64,000 bases of DNA from a virus (lineage: Duplodnaviria > Caudoviricetes), in IMG/VR virus record IMGVR_UViG_3300035422_000096, positions 1 through 64,000 of that record; one strand, given 5' to 3'. Positions 28,489-39,040 of the stretch are shown here, one piece after another; within the stretch, counting starts at the first letter, position 1, and each line of letters opens with the position of its first letter. The notes under the pieces were generated by a model, which saw only the letters and a program-made list of their open reading frames with translations, was not told where the DNA came from and ran no database searches. Position numbers and translations under genes: made by a program.

Positions 28489-29286
28489 TTAATCTTCGCT
28501 AACGATGATGTCAAATAATACACCTTCATCATCACAGTAATCACGCTGTAAGATATAAGAAGCTGCATGTTTACCATCTGGACTAAGGTTAATTTCTGTA
28601 CTAGAAGGGTCGATCTGCGCTCTAGGACATCTAATAATACCTGCATACACTACATTGGTATTGCAAATTTCGTGAAAAATAGCATGAATAAGTAGTGTCT
28701 TAACTTTAGGTGTATTATCAGTTCTCTTTGTAACCTGAGCAGCTTTGGTAGTTTCTCTTTCATAATTAACAAACACTCTACCAGTTACACCTTCTGGAAG
28801 TGTAATTTTCTTATTCTCTGCATCAAGTGTAAATTTGCCATCACCTGCTGTAGCAGAAACCTCGTATGTATCACCAAAAGTATTATTTGCGTTAATAACT
28901 TTTACATATTTAACCTCTGCACCAGCAGTACCAATGGGAACATATTTCAAAGTTACTGTATGGTCAGAACCGATAGCAATAGTTTCAGATACTGGCATAA
29001 TAATCTTTTTATCATCAGAAGCCAAAACCTTTTCAGAACCATACTGTGATGCAGCAAGGTCAAGAGAGAAGAAAGAATTGCTAAAATCAAAATTTCCCTT
29101 CTGTGCCTTATAGAATGTTGCAACTGTACTTCCCATAGCATCAGTTACTTCCTGAGATTCCGCACTTGTCTTCAAACTAGGATTCTCGATCTGAGTATAT
29201 CTACCGATTAATTCCAATGTGGCAGGATCATACTCTTCAACAGACCTAATTTTTTCAAGTACAAGTTCATTAGGGTTAAAACTCAT
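28489..29286 (-). CDS. Major tail (tube) protein
   Basis: RBS aaggagga before MSFNPNELV; beta-rich; SPbeta yomU-like synteny. Confidence 0.7.
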   Translation of the reverse strand: MSFNPNELVLEKIRSVEEYDPATLELIGRYTQIENPSLKTSAESQEVTDAMGSTVATFYKAQKGNFDFSNSFFSLDLAASQYGSEKVLASDDKKIIMPVSETIAIGSDHTVTLKYVPIGTAGAEVKYVKVINANNTFGDTYEVSATAGDGKFTLDAENKKITLPEGVTGRVFVNYERETTKAAQVTKRTDNTPKVKTLLIHAIFHEICNTNVVYAGIIRCPRAQIDPSSTEINLSPDGKHAASYILQRDYCDDEGVLFDIIVSED

Positions 29287-29320
29287 AATTTTTCCTCCTT
29301 TTAGGCATAAAAAAAGAACT

Positions 29321-30115
29321 CTATTTGAGTTCTCCAAGCCAATCTAATTGTTTTTCATCTATTTCTTTTAAATTGATTCCAAAACCAGAATATCCAGATT
29401 GTAAAAGTAGCTCTGCGTTTTTAATTTTAGATATTCGCTTTACGGAATCCATAAAAGCATTTATTTTCATATCCCATACTTGAGTATGATTATATTTGAA
29501 ACCCTCACTATTAACCATTGATGAAATCAAATTGACTAATTGTGAATGATGTTCTTTGTTTTTATTTCGTTCAAATTCTTCTCTTGCGTCTTCAATCAAG
29601 ATCATTTTGGTTGTGTTATTTGCTGGCATTTTTTCATCTTTATATACACCATGTACTTGTCGCAAATAATCCATAATTAGATTATATGTGAATTCATCAA
29701 TAATAACTGGTTCATCATTAATGGACTGGCACAACAAAATATCACCATTATCACTTCTTTGCATTGTTTGGAATTTTGTAAAATCTAAATCTCCAAAGAT
29801 AATAGAAGTTTTTTCTTTTGGAAAAAGCCTATACAATATATTGTAAAATAATTCATATGGAGTTATTTTTGTATAATCAATTCTAGGCTCCATATCCCAT
29901 AACTGAACTTTCATTGTTTGTGGTGTTGCGGTTAAGTGATATATCATTGAATAATATTCTTGTTCCCCATAATCACATATTTCAGAAAGAGAAGGCTGAT
30001 GTATTTTGATATATTTAGAAACAATAAAATCTTCACCACGATATATTTTCAATTCATCATTTAGCAAACTATCACCAACCTTCACATGCTGAAACATTGA
30101 TGTCCATTGTCTCAA
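29321..30115 (-). CDS. Tail-module protein (possible assembly chaperone)
   Basis: 264 aa; synteny in the head-tail block. Confidence 0.55.
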   Translation of the reverse strand: MRQWTSMFQHVKVGDSLLNDELKIYRGEDFIVSKYIKIHQPSLSEICDYGEQEYYSMIYHLTATPQTMKVQLWDMEPRIDYTKITPYELFYNILYRLFPKEKTSIIFGDLDFTKFQTMQRSDNGDILLCQSINDEPVIIDEFTYNLIMDYLRQVHGVYKDEKMPANNTTKMILIEDAREEFERNKNKEHHSQLVNLISSMVNSEGFKYNHTQVWDMKINAFMDSVKRISKIKNAELLLQSGYSGFGINLKEIDEKQLDWLGELK

Positions 30116-30563
30116 ATACTAAATGTCGATACATAAACTCTTGATTGTATGTCCCCTCTTTATTTAATGTACATTTTAATTGTCCAATACCACCGTATTG
30201 ACTTGAACCATTAAACATATCTTCTAACAGCCCAGCTATATAGTCACAACGATTATCCTTTGTGATTTTATAATCCATTTTCATGTGCTCATGATGAACA
30301 TATACATAGAATTCTAATGTTGGTATTACAAAAGTTTTATTTCTTCCAGTTGCTCTTGTATGCACCATAACTGTCATATATGTTGAAACATTTGTAATAG
30401 TTTCAGGAATTTTATTATTGTCAAAAATATGTGTGTCTTTTAAATCACCGCCGTTTTCACATCCCTTTGCATCAAAAGCGTAGAATATTGTATCGTCATG
30501 AGTGATTGCATCTATGACATGCCTTTTAATTTCTGAAATACTTGTACCATTTGCCATTTGCAT
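30072..30563 (-). CDS. Putative tail completion/terminator protein
   Basis: 163 aa; synteny. Confidence 0.5.
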   Translation of the reverse strand: MQMANGTSISEIKRHVIDAITHDDTIFYAFDAKGCENGGDLKDTHIFDNNKIPETITNVSTYMTVMVHTRATGRNKTFVIPTLEFYVYVHHEHMKMDYKITKDNRCDYIAGLLEDMFNGSSQYGGIGQLKCTLNKEGTYNQEFMYRHLVFETMDINVSACEGW

Positions 30564-30572
30564 TCACCTCCG

Positions 30573-31601
30573 TCATTCCACAATATTTACTTTTACTTCT
30601 GACAAGACAGATTCACCAATAACGATCTGTACAAAAAAAGAACCTCCAATAAGGTTCTCATCATTAACAGAAATAATTATTTTATTATCCGTAATACTTT
30701 GCTCAACATCAAAATCTGATTTTACATTCCATTGATAATCAACATCTTTCCAATCAACAGCATTTCCATCTTTATCTGTAAAAGTTACAGTATATGAACG
30801 TCTGTATCCATTTTTCAAGTTTGTATTCCCAGAGATCACACACCTTAAATCTGTCGTTTCATCGGGTTCTGGTGGAGTGGGCGGAAGAGGAGAGGACGGA
30901 TCTATATAATCACAGATTCGTAATTCTTGATTGTCTTTATTTGGATTGAATTCTGTTTTATCAGCAATCAAGCTCAAAGTTCCTCCGTGATTTCCATGTA
31001 AAAACAGAACATCATCATTCCTTGTAATTTTAAATACCTTCTTTGGTATTTCAGATGTATCAACAAAAATCCTTTTTCCATCAATCGTTAAGCCATCAGC
31101 GTCATGTGGAATAAGAATTGTAAAGTTGTTAGAGGATAAGATTATTGTACTATTTCCAGATTCCCCAATATCATATTTAGACGCAGAAGTGAAGTTAGCC
31201 CAACGTTCTATAATTGTGCCATCATCTTTTTGCCATTTTATTTTATACTGACATTCTTTTAAAACTGCTTTTTCATATTCTCCATTGTTTCCAGGTCTTC
31301 CATCAATAAGCCAATATTCATCTTCAAAAAAAATATAATTTCCACTATGTAAAGTGCCAATAGGTACTAAAATACATCTTTCCATAGACTTTAAGGATGA
31401 ATCAGCCACATTGCCTTGTATAACTCCACGTAATTCTTTTGATTGACTTAAATCGTGATTGAACAACAAAACAGTAGAAGCAATATCTGTCTCTAAAGAT
31501 TCTGCGAAAGCATCTTCTTTATAATCCAGAAAACTTTGATTTTCATATCCGCCTAACATATTTGGTTTTGTTTTATTTCCAATGAGATACCATTCTTTCA
31601 T
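30573..31601 (-). CDS. Putative head-closure/neck protein with C-terminal Ig-like domain
   Basis: 342 aa; Pro-rich linker then a beta domain; synteny. Confidence 0.55.
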   Translation of the reverse strand: MKEWYLIGNKTKPNMLGGYENQSFLDYKEDAFAESLETDIASTVLLFNHDLSQSKELRGVIQGNVADSSLKSMERCILVPIGTLHSGNYIFFEDEYWLIDGRPGNNGEYEKAVLKECQYKIKWQKDDGTIIERWANFTSASKYDIGESGNSTIILSSNNFTILIPHDADGLTIDGKRIFVDTSEIPKKVFKITRNDDVLFLHGNHGGTLSLIADKTEFNPNKDNQELRICDYIDPSSPLPPTPPEPDETTDLRCVISGNTNLKNGYRRSYTVTFTDKDGNAVDWKDVDYQWNVKSDFDVEQSITDNKIIISVNDENLIGGSFFVQIVIGESVLSEVKVNIVE

Positions 31602-31611
31602 ATGATGCCTC

Positions 31612-32004
31612 CTACGTATAAGCGGTAGGCTTTTGATTTTCTACCATTTCACTTGCGTTCCATGCTATATAATCAAGATGTGATTTCTCCGCTGTTTTAG
31701 TGCCATTGCTGCCATCAATGCTCAAATCTTTTCCTACAATAGAAACACGCTTATTAACAAGTGATACTTGTCTTTCCTGATACATCTGTAACATAAATTG
31801 TGCCAATGTATCAATTACATATTGGTCAAGTTTAGAATCGAATTGTAATAGTTCATCATCAAAATTTAATTCGTCCAATTCAACAGAATATCTACCAACA
31901 GCTTTTTTTAACCACATTATTTCAAGTGATTCTGGCAATACCTGTTTGTCGGCAAAACTTGACTCAAAACTATTTATTACATCTTTTGCTTCTGTATTAG
32001 CCAT
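31612..32004 (-). CDS. Putative head-tail adaptor
   Basis: Helical ~130 aa; start MANTE after gaggtgg RBS; synteny. Confidence 0.55.
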   Translation of the reverse strand: MANTEAKDVINSFESSFADKQVLPESLEIMWLKKAVGRYSVELDELNFDDELLQFDSKLDQYVIDTLAQFMLQMYQERQVSLVNKRVSIVGKDLSIDGSNGTKTAEKSHLDYIAWNASEMVENQKPTAYT

Positions 32005-32022
32005 AATCCACCTCACAATTGA

Positions 32023-32505
32023 TTAAATATCTGCAATTCTACGACCACAATAATCTTCACAAAATGCGTTCTTAGAGTAATCATTCAATTTCAAATTCTT
32101 AATTGTATGTAACAAATAGAATTTCTCTGCTCTAGTTACAACACTCTTTTTGATATTGTCTTCAAATGATTTCTGTGTTTTCAAATCAAAGATTTTCTTA
32201 ATAGTGTCCTGAGTAAGAAAATCCTGTTTCTTATTATCAACATCAAAACTCAATTCACTTCTTGTATAATCATCTTCAATATACCATGTAGCGTGACTAC
32301 CAACACCATCTACACCAGTAATGAGAGTATTACCATTCTGTCCCTGTGCAATGATTTCCTCACGAGAAAGTAGAACTGTACCCAATGCAGGAATAGTTAT
32401 ATCGCCAACGCTTGTTTTTCTGGTAGAGCCGGTAGTCCAAGGAGCAATACTTCTTACAGTTACCTTTTTATCTAATCTGATTTCTTCATTATTTTTTTCT
32501 TCAGC
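32023..32505 (-). CDS. Conserved head-module protein (yonA-like position)
   Basis: RBS ggaggaaag before MAEEK. Confidence 0.55.
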   Translation of the reverse strand, partial: AEEKNNEEIRLDKKVTVRSIAPWTTGSTRKTSVGDITIPALGTVLLSREEIIAQGQNGNTLITGVDGVGSHATWYIEDDYTRSELSFDVDNKKQDFLTQDTIKKIFDLKTQKSFEDNIKKSVVTRAEKFYLLHTIKNLKLNDYSKNAFCEDYCGRRIADI

Positions 32506-32543
32506 CATTCTTTCCTCCATAACAACTAATTTATTTTTTGCAA

Positions 32544-32732
32544 CTATTTGTTTTTGATTGTATTCCATAATTCAATAAGATTATCTAATCGTTCCGATTT
32601 ATAGAAAGTCCAATATTTTACATGAGTTTTTTGATTTTCACCAACTGCAATGTATTCTTCTTTCATAGAACGCAGAAATAAACTCATCCTTTTAGAATAA
32701 CAATAGAAAATATCATTCATTATAATCACCAT
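32544..32732 (-). CDS. Small hypothetical protein (DUF5659-like)
   Basis: FYCYSKRM...YW.FYKSE.L..L...W pattern. Confidence 0.5.
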   Translation of the reverse strand: MVIIMNDIFYCYSKRMSLFLRSMKEEYIAVGENQKTHVKYWTFYKSERLDNLIELWNTIKNK

Positions 32733-32788
32733 TCAACTAAGATAGGGGATAGAATACATCCTATCCCCACAATAAAAAAGAATCCTAA

Positions 32789-33889
32789 TTACTCAGCAAG
32801 AGAATCAAGATTCTTATCATGTAGCATACCAATCATATACTCCCTGTTTGGAGCAACCAGTGCGCCAACTTCGAGATCATACCTTGTAAGTAACTGACCA
32901 GTAGTAACATCATTTCCACTAAAGGAAGTAAGACCGCCACGAGTCACCGTAAATACAGGAGACTGACCACCCGTAGGCATTACAAAACCAAGTCCAACAG
33001 GTAACATAGTATCAAAGTTTGTGCCATCCTTATCAAGAGAAGTCAAATCATAAGGATTAGGAATCTCGGAAAGAGTAGCACCGTTGTAAACACCCATAAG
33101 CCCTGTATTATGAATCTCATCCATAATAGTTCTGGAAATACCGTTTACTGTAGGTGTAACACCTGTATATCCAGCAAAACCATTAAACTGAGAAATCAAC
33201 GCATAATCGCCAGACACAGTAGGCTTACCAAAACGCCTTACGTTTGTGATAACACCATCAACACCAGTCTTTGTAAGACCTGCACCCTCAAAGAAGTATT
33301 TTACACCTTTTGCGTTCTTGATTGCATTGTAAATAGTTTCAACAACGTATTTTGCTGCCTTATTTCTAATCTGCACACGAACCTGTTCCTGTAACTCATT
33401 CTCGTCACTCATATCGCCAAGAGCCGCTTTTCTATAATCTACTGCATAACCGCCAGAAATAGTAGTAGTAGCAATAGGCATACGTTTCTTTCTGATAACA
33501 GGGAACTTCACGTCCTGACCAAGTGCCTGTTCATTTGCAGGAAGATTAGCAAACTCAGGAACTTCAACTTCGCAAGACTCATTATATCCGATTGGTTTAT
33601 AGTTACCATAAATTCCAAGTAGCTTGATTTCCTTTAAAAGCACTGGCTGCATTGCAAAACGTCTGATTTCGTTCAGCTCAGAAATAGCATTTAAATCACC
33701 AGAAGATGCTTTGAAATTCAGCTCCTTGATATATTTAGCAGCAACGTCCGCCTTCTTACCATAAGGAGCTAAGTCCTTTCCCTCTGTCATAGCAGAGAAA
33801 ATTTCAACAACAGCAGACTTGCCATTTACTTTACCACTGGCAAAGTTAGCGTCTTTTCTTTCATTATTCAATTCAATAACATAAGACAT
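32789..33889 (-). CDS. Major capsid protein (SPbeta YonB-like)
   Basis: 366 aa, host-like highly expressed codon usage, follows scaffold and decoration genes. Confidence 0.8.
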   Translation of the reverse strand: MSYVIELNNERKDANFASGKVNGKSAVVEIFSAMTEGKDLAPYGKKADVAAKYIKELNFKASSGDLNAISELNEIRRFAMQPVLLKEIKLLGIYGNYKPIGYNESCEVEVPEFANLPANEQALGQDVKFPVIRKKRMPIATTTISGGYAVDYRKAALGDMSDENELQEQVRVQIRNKAAKYVVETIYNAIKNAKGVKYFFEGAGLTKTGVDGVITNVRRFGKPTVSGDYALISQFNGFAGYTGVTPTVNGISRTIMDEIHNTGLMGVYNGATLSEIPNPYDLTSLDKDGTNFDTMLPVGLGFVMPTGGQSPVFTVTRGGLTSFSGNDVTTGQLLTRYDLEVGALVAPNREYMIGMLHDKNLDSLAE

Positions 33890-33909
33890 AAATTATGTAC
33901 CTCCTATTC

Positions 33910-34275
33910 TTACGCAGTTACTTTGACAACTGCACCAAGTTTATTTCCAATAATTTCAGTAATTGTGAAGCAACCTACAGTATCACCAACAGCAAAAGTA
34001 TTTGGAAGTGGATAACCATATAATTCGAGTTCCCCAACAACCTTTGCAGGATCTAAAACACGAACACGGGAACCAGCAGGAATCTTATATTCGTCCATAT
34101 ACTCGTAATCACCAGTTTCAAGCTGCATAATAACCTTTTTACCAGAGTCACTAGCAGTAAATTTACCATTTGCTACGTCCCCGAAAGCTCCGTTCATAAC
34201 TTCCTTATCTACAACAGCATCCTCGAATGGATAAGCACCTCTTTCGATTTGACCAATCGTATGAAATTTAACCAT
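33910..34275 (-). CDS. Putative head decoration protein (YonC-like)
   Basis: 121 aa between scaffold and capsid genes. Confidence 0.6.
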   Translation of the reverse strand: MVKFHTIGQIERGAYPFEDAVVDKEVMNGAFGDVANGKFTASDSGKKVIMQLETGDYEYMDEYKIPAGSRVRVLDPAKVVGELELYGYPLPNTFAVGDTVGCFTITEIIGNKLGAVVKVTA

Positions 34276-34297
34276 TAATTTTTCCTCCTAAATTTGA

Positions 34298-35491
34298 TTA
34301 AAAAATATTGACATCCTCTTCCTCATTGTCCTGTGTTTCAGAACACATTTCAGAAAAAATGTCAATTACTTCATTGTCCTTATTTTCTTTTGCAGAATTC
34401 TGTTCTGCCACCTTTGCTTCAGCGTCAGCTTTTTTAGAAGCCTGTCCAATGCCTGCATAAATCTTGTCAACAATAGCATCAATATTTCCTTCTAACGGCT
34501 TTTCGTTAAAGGAATTGATTTCTGACTCAGCATATTTCTTTTCCTCATCACTAAAACCTTCAATAGCAGTATTAAGTTCTCCAATTCTTGCTTTAGCCTT
34601 TAGCGTGCCAAGTTCTTTTTCTAATGCGTCTCTTTCTGCCCAATAAGTTTCATGTTCCTTTTTGAGATCATCAAGAGCTTTCTGTACCTGTTCAACTGTT
34701 GCGTTCAATTCAACAATTTTTTCTTCTTTTTCTGCAATAACAGAATCCTTCTCACTGATTGTAGAATTTAACTCTGTAATTTTTGCAAGCAGTTCTTCGT
34801 TTTTACTATTTGTTTCAGAAATAGTAGACTGGATTAATTCTTTCAATTCCTTTTCATCCAAAGTTTTGTCCTCCTTATTTTCTTGTTTTTGTGCGACTTC
34901 AAGTACAATGGCGTTATCATCTGCTGGGGAAACCGATAAAATAGAAGTGCCAGAGAAAACAAATTCTTTTGGTGTACGGAATTCGTCTTTAGGTTCTGAT
35001 TCTTCATATACAATTTTGTTATCATTGGTTTCTAACCCCATAATTTCTATAGAACTATCAACATTTCCTAATGCTTTGTTTTGTCTTACCCATTTAACAA
35101 AATTAGGGTAGCGTTGGTTATATAAAAATCCATTTGCAACTAAAGCTCTAATATCATTTCCATTCACATTTACATCTTCAATAGTGGCACTTTCAAAGCA
35201 ACCAACAGTTTCAGAATTTTCAAATAGAGGTTCACGGACTCCATCATTATCAATTTCCTCACCAGTCAAACCATGATCAAGAGGAGTTGACTTTGTTTCA
35301 TCACAAAAGGAAGCACAGATAGGCATAAGTTTTACACTATCTATTGCATTAAGTACATATTCTTCCTTCCAATGAAGACCATTCTTATTTGTTTCTTTTT
35401 CATCTTCGTGAATCTTTAATAGAGCAATTTTGATAGGGACACGTCCACCTTTAGAAGCCTGTTTAGAAATTTCGAGGATTTTTCCTAACAT
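34298..35491 (-). CDS. Prohead protease/scaffold protein (YonD-like)
   Basis: N-terminal beta domain (DHG, SSIEI) plus acidic coiled-coil C-terminus. Confidence 0.7.
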   Translation of the reverse strand: MLGKILEISKQASKGGRVPIKIALLKIHEDEKETNKNGLHWKEEYVLNAIDSVKLMPICASFCDETKSTPLDHGLTGEEIDNDGVREPLFENSETVGCFESATIEDVNVNGNDIRALVANGFLYNQRYPNFVKWVRQNKALGNVDSSIEIMGLETNDNKIVYEESEPKDEFRTPKEFVFSGTSILSVSPADDNAIVLEVAQKQENKEDKTLDEKELKELIQSTISETNSKNEELLAKITELNSTISEKDSVIAEKEEKIVELNATVEQVQKALDDLKKEHETYWAERDALEKELGTLKAKARIGELNTAIEGFSDEEKKYAESEINSFNEKPLEGNIDAIVDKIYAGIGQASKKADAEAKVAEQNSAKENKDNEVIDIFSEMCSETQDNEEEDVNIF

Positions 35492-35566
35492 AAATCATCC
35501 TCCTTAAAAATTTGTATAATAAAAGAAGCCTATAAATATAAGCATCTAATTATTATTTGAATTATT

Positions 35567-37204
35567 CTATTTATCACTGTGGCTCGGTATTGCATTGCCA
35601 TTATTGGATTGAGATTTTAATGTATTTTCAGATGGATTGTCTGCTTTGGGTCTGCCGCCTTCGTCTCCAGTATCATTATTAGATGTCCATGCTGTTTGAT
35701 GTGGTAAATATTTTTCGTATATACCGTCTTCAATTTCAGAATCCATCACACTCATATAAACATCAGGATCAACTCCCGTACTGGCAATTAGAAATGTCAT
35801 GGAACCAGATGCAGAAGTGTATAAATCTTTCATCATGCCGAAAAATTCTTTTCTATTTACGAAAGAAGTGGGGAAGTAGTAAATATCTACTTTATTTTTT
35901 GATTCATTTATAATATTCTTGTTGATTACATGAACCAATTCATTTTTCCATTCACAAGCCCATGTATAAAGTTGTGCTGTTATCATTTCAAGGTTCTGTT
36001 GACCTCCGGCAAACGTACCAGTAGACATCGCACCAATCAATGAAGCACAGATACCTAAATCAACAGCAATATCATTATTCATATCAGGTTCATTTTTGCT
36101 ATCGAAAATATCAGTAGAAATATCTATTGAATCCAATTTTGTTCCAGCCGCCAATGACATAAAACTTACGCCACCACGACTGTTTTTATGTAAAACTGCA
36201 CCCTTGACAGCATTGTGCTGATCTTCCTGTTGTTTCTTAGTCAATGTGGAACCAGTACCTTGCTTATTCTCAGGAAACACCTCATAAATAACACGGTTGT
36301 TCAATTCATCAAGAACATTTCTCTTAGTATCAATAAAGTAATCCTTATACAATACATCTGAAAGAGCGGCTATAATAAGACTTCTCCCCCAAGCCTCAAC
36401 ATTTTTACACTTGATTTTTCTGCACATTGTCCTATTAGGATTAAGAACTAACCAGTCACCCGATGTATCAGACTTCTTTTTCTGATTATATCCATCAACA
36501 ATCTCTTTTGGATATTTCCTTAATTTTCTGTTTAAATCTTCACCAGTGAAATCATCAAAATATCTCAAATTAAATGCCAATACAAAACGTCCATTTTTCT
36601 TACCAACAATTTTTGTATATTGCCAAGGCAGAGTAATAATAGAAGCGTTTAAACCAAAGTCATTGATTTCTATAATGTTTTCTACATCATAATCTGTCAT
36701 GAACTTTCTGCGATCCACAGACTTTTCCGTAGTTTCAAAATAGTAAAAAGCTATTCCGTCCAACATTTCTGTAAATAATGCATCACGAATAAAAGCCTTA
36801 TCATCAATGGTGTCTAATGTAGACTTCATTAAATCCTTGTTTACTTTTGACTTTTGGGTTTTGCTTTTACAAGTGATGATTCTATCAAGAGTTAGAAGTG
36901 CAGTCATATAGTCTATAGAATTACTGACGATACCATTTTTACCATATACAAACTCAGATAATCGAATTGCTGTTTCGTGATTTCCAATAGGATTTCTCAA
37001 AACAGAATCAATTTCTTCTTTTGTGAAGTAATCATAAACTCCGCAATTAAAAATTGATTCAAATAGATGATGATAAGAATATGAGTTAAACTCATAATCA
37101 ATAGAATTGTCTTGCAGAGTGATATTATTTGTTTCTACTACGGGTGGAGTAGTAGTCCTATTTTTAGGAGGGCGACCCCTCTTGCGTTTTACTTCTTCAG
37201 GCAT
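35567..37204 (-). CDS. Portal protein (YonE-like)
   Basis: 545 aa directly downstream of the large terminase; N-terminal KRKRGRPPK. Confidence 0.75.
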   Translation of the reverse strand: MPEEVKRKRGRPPKNRTTTPPVVETNNITLQDNSIDYEFNSYSYHHLFESIFNCGVYDYFTKEEIDSVLRNPIGNHETAIRLSEFVYGKNGIVSNSIDYMTALLTLDRIITCKSKTQKSKVNKDLMKSTLDTIDDKAFIRDALFTEMLDGIAFYYFETTEKSVDRRKFMTDYDVENIIEINDFGLNASIITLPWQYTKIVGKKNGRFVLAFNLRYFDDFTGEDLNRKLRKYPKEIVDGYNQKKKSDTSGDWLVLNPNRTMCRKIKCKNVEAWGRSLIIAALSDVLYKDYFIDTKRNVLDELNNRVIYEVFPENKQGTGSTLTKKQQEDQHNAVKGAVLHKNSRGGVSFMSLAAGTKLDSIDISTDIFDSKNEPDMNNDIAVDLGICASLIGAMSTGTFAGGQQNLEMITAQLYTWACEWKNELVHVINKNIINESKNKVDIYYFPTSFVNRKEFFGMMKDLYTSASGSMTFLIASTGVDPDVYMSVMDSEIEDGIYEKYLPHQTAWTSNNDTGDEGGRPKADNPSENTLKSQSNNGNAIPSHSDK

Positions 37205-37220
37205 GTGTCGCCTCCTTTCG

Positions 37221-39038
37221 TTAATTTATCAGTGGTTCAAAATCATAGTCACTGTTATCTGAAATCAAGTCTTGTTCTAGCAAACTTATAAAATAGTTCC
37301 CATATGCAAGGCTTACATATCTATCTTTAGTATTGCTTCCAGTTTCATATAAAGTAATTACACCAGTTTGCTCATTTCTTGTATATTCCAAAGACATCAT
37401 TTCATTAACCAACGCCTGTGTCTCTAAATAAGGGCGTTCATAAAATGACATTACATCACTATCAGGTGATACTAAATATTCAGGAACATTTGATTCCAAT
37501 ATGTCTTTTGCTTCATCAAAGTTTACAAGCAAATCTATCATTTGAGAATCAAGAATATTTCGTAAAGATATAGCAATATCATTATTCAATTTCTGGCTTG
37601 CATTTATTGCAAATACATTTTCTACGGCACCAGAAACATTTACTCTTTTTGCAATATCATCATCATTCATACAACGCCAAGCAGGATATTCACAATCTCT
37701 ATCTTCATCATAGAGAACTTTTGCAAGCCTATCATATGTCAAAATACCACCATTACGAGTATCTAACACCACATAGTCTGCTTCAAAATCGTAATATAAC
37801 TGTTTAATTCTAATCGCTTGTTTGTCAACATCACTACCTGGATTAGCTTCTATATAAGATGGGATTCTTCTATATCCGCTTTTAATTTCGATAGTTTTAC
37901 CATCAATGTTACTTGATTCGTAAGTAATGCTTTCAGGTAATGCACGAATACATGTAAAACATGAATTATCATTTTTGTTAGAGCGTTCAATAAATGCCAT
38001 ATCACAAGCAACAATGCGAATTTCTCCATTTTGCTTTGGAATACTATATGGATTTTTCTTTTTGCTTCTTACATCTTCATACCTTCTTGGATAAAATGCC
38101 TTTTTATTAGTTTGATTTTTAGTCAATAACCCATATGTAAAATATGCATTTGCACCTTCACGGAGCATTTCATTTTCATATTCCTCTCGCCATGTAATAG
38201 GATCAGTTGTTCTCTTAGCTTCAATTAGTTGCGCCCGTGTTTTTATTGCATGTTTTAAGGCAATTGAGTAATCAGTGGCGAGCATACAAGAGGTATTATC
38301 TTTATATTTACTACTAATAGTGTCTTTTAATAATTTACCCATCCAATGAGAAGTAGGAGCCGCAGAACTGATATAAATATTTACAGCTTCTTCTAGGAAT
38401 TCATCATTTTCACGATATTTAACGCCATATTGTTCACACTTTTCATTTGTTCTGAATTGTGCAGGTCTTGCCATTTGAAACGGTTTTAAGACTTTATCAA
38501 CAATATACTTGTCAATTCGCTTAAATTCTTCAAAAATTAAAACTGTACTACGATATCCTAAAGCCCCTTCGCCAGCAACAACAACTACAATAGAACTGCC
38601 ATTATGGAAAGTCACCTCAATATCATTTGCGTTTGTTGTTATTTTTTTGATTTCACGTCTTAGATTTTCCGATTTTGGCATCAATTCTTTTTGTATTTTT
38701 TCTTTTACAATAAGTGATGCCTGTTTTTTGGAGCCGCTGGCAACCACGACTTTAGTATTTGGATATAAAATTGCTTTTGCACAAGAAAATATGGCAATAA
38801 CAAATGACTTTGCGCTTGCACGACCTGCAATAATTACAACACTTATATAAATATTCAAAAGATAGAGCCATATTATTTGATACCAATGTAAGGGGATTCC
38901 GAGATAGTGTTCTACGAAAACTGGAATGTTTCTACGATAGAATGTTATCCAATCAATTATTCTTTCATAATTTGTTTTGCTAGATAACCATGAATGAGGT
39001 GGGAAATTTTTGAATACATTTTTCTGGTAATTGTCCAA
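37221..39038 (-). CDS. terL: Terminase large subunit
   Basis: Walker A AGRASAKS, Walker B LIFEEF, motif III ISSA, nuclease residues ACDMA and KDRY. Confidence 0.9.
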   Translation of the reverse strand: MDNYQKNVFKNFPPHSWLSSKTNYERIIDWITFYRRNIPVFVEHYLGIPLHWYQIIWLYLLNIYISVVIIAGRASAKSFVIAIFSCAKAILYPNTKVVVASGSKKQASLIVKEKIQKELMPKSENLRREIKKITTNANDIEVTFHNGSSIVVVVAGEGALGYRSTVLIFEEFKRIDKYIVDKVLKPFQMARPAQFRTNEKCEQYGVKYRENDEFLEEAVNIYISSAAPTSHWMGKLLKDTISSKYKDNTSCMLATDYSIALKHAIKTRAQLIEAKRTTDPITWREEYENEMLREGANAYFTYGLLTKNQTNKKAFYPRRYEDVRSKKKNPYSIPKQNGEIRIVACDMAFIERSNKNDNSCFTCIRALPESITYESSNIDGKTIEIKSGYRRIPSYIEANPGSDVDKQAIRIKQLYYDFEADYVVLDTRNGGILTYDRLAKVLYDEDRDCEYPAWRCMNDDDIAKRVNVSGAVENVFAINASQKLNNDIAISLRNILDSQMIDLLVNFDEAKDILESNVPEYLVSPDSDVMSFYERPYLETQALVNEMMSLEYTRNEQTGVITLYETGSNTKDRYVSLAYGNYFISLLEQDLISDNSDYDFEPLIN

Positions 39039-39040
39039 TG

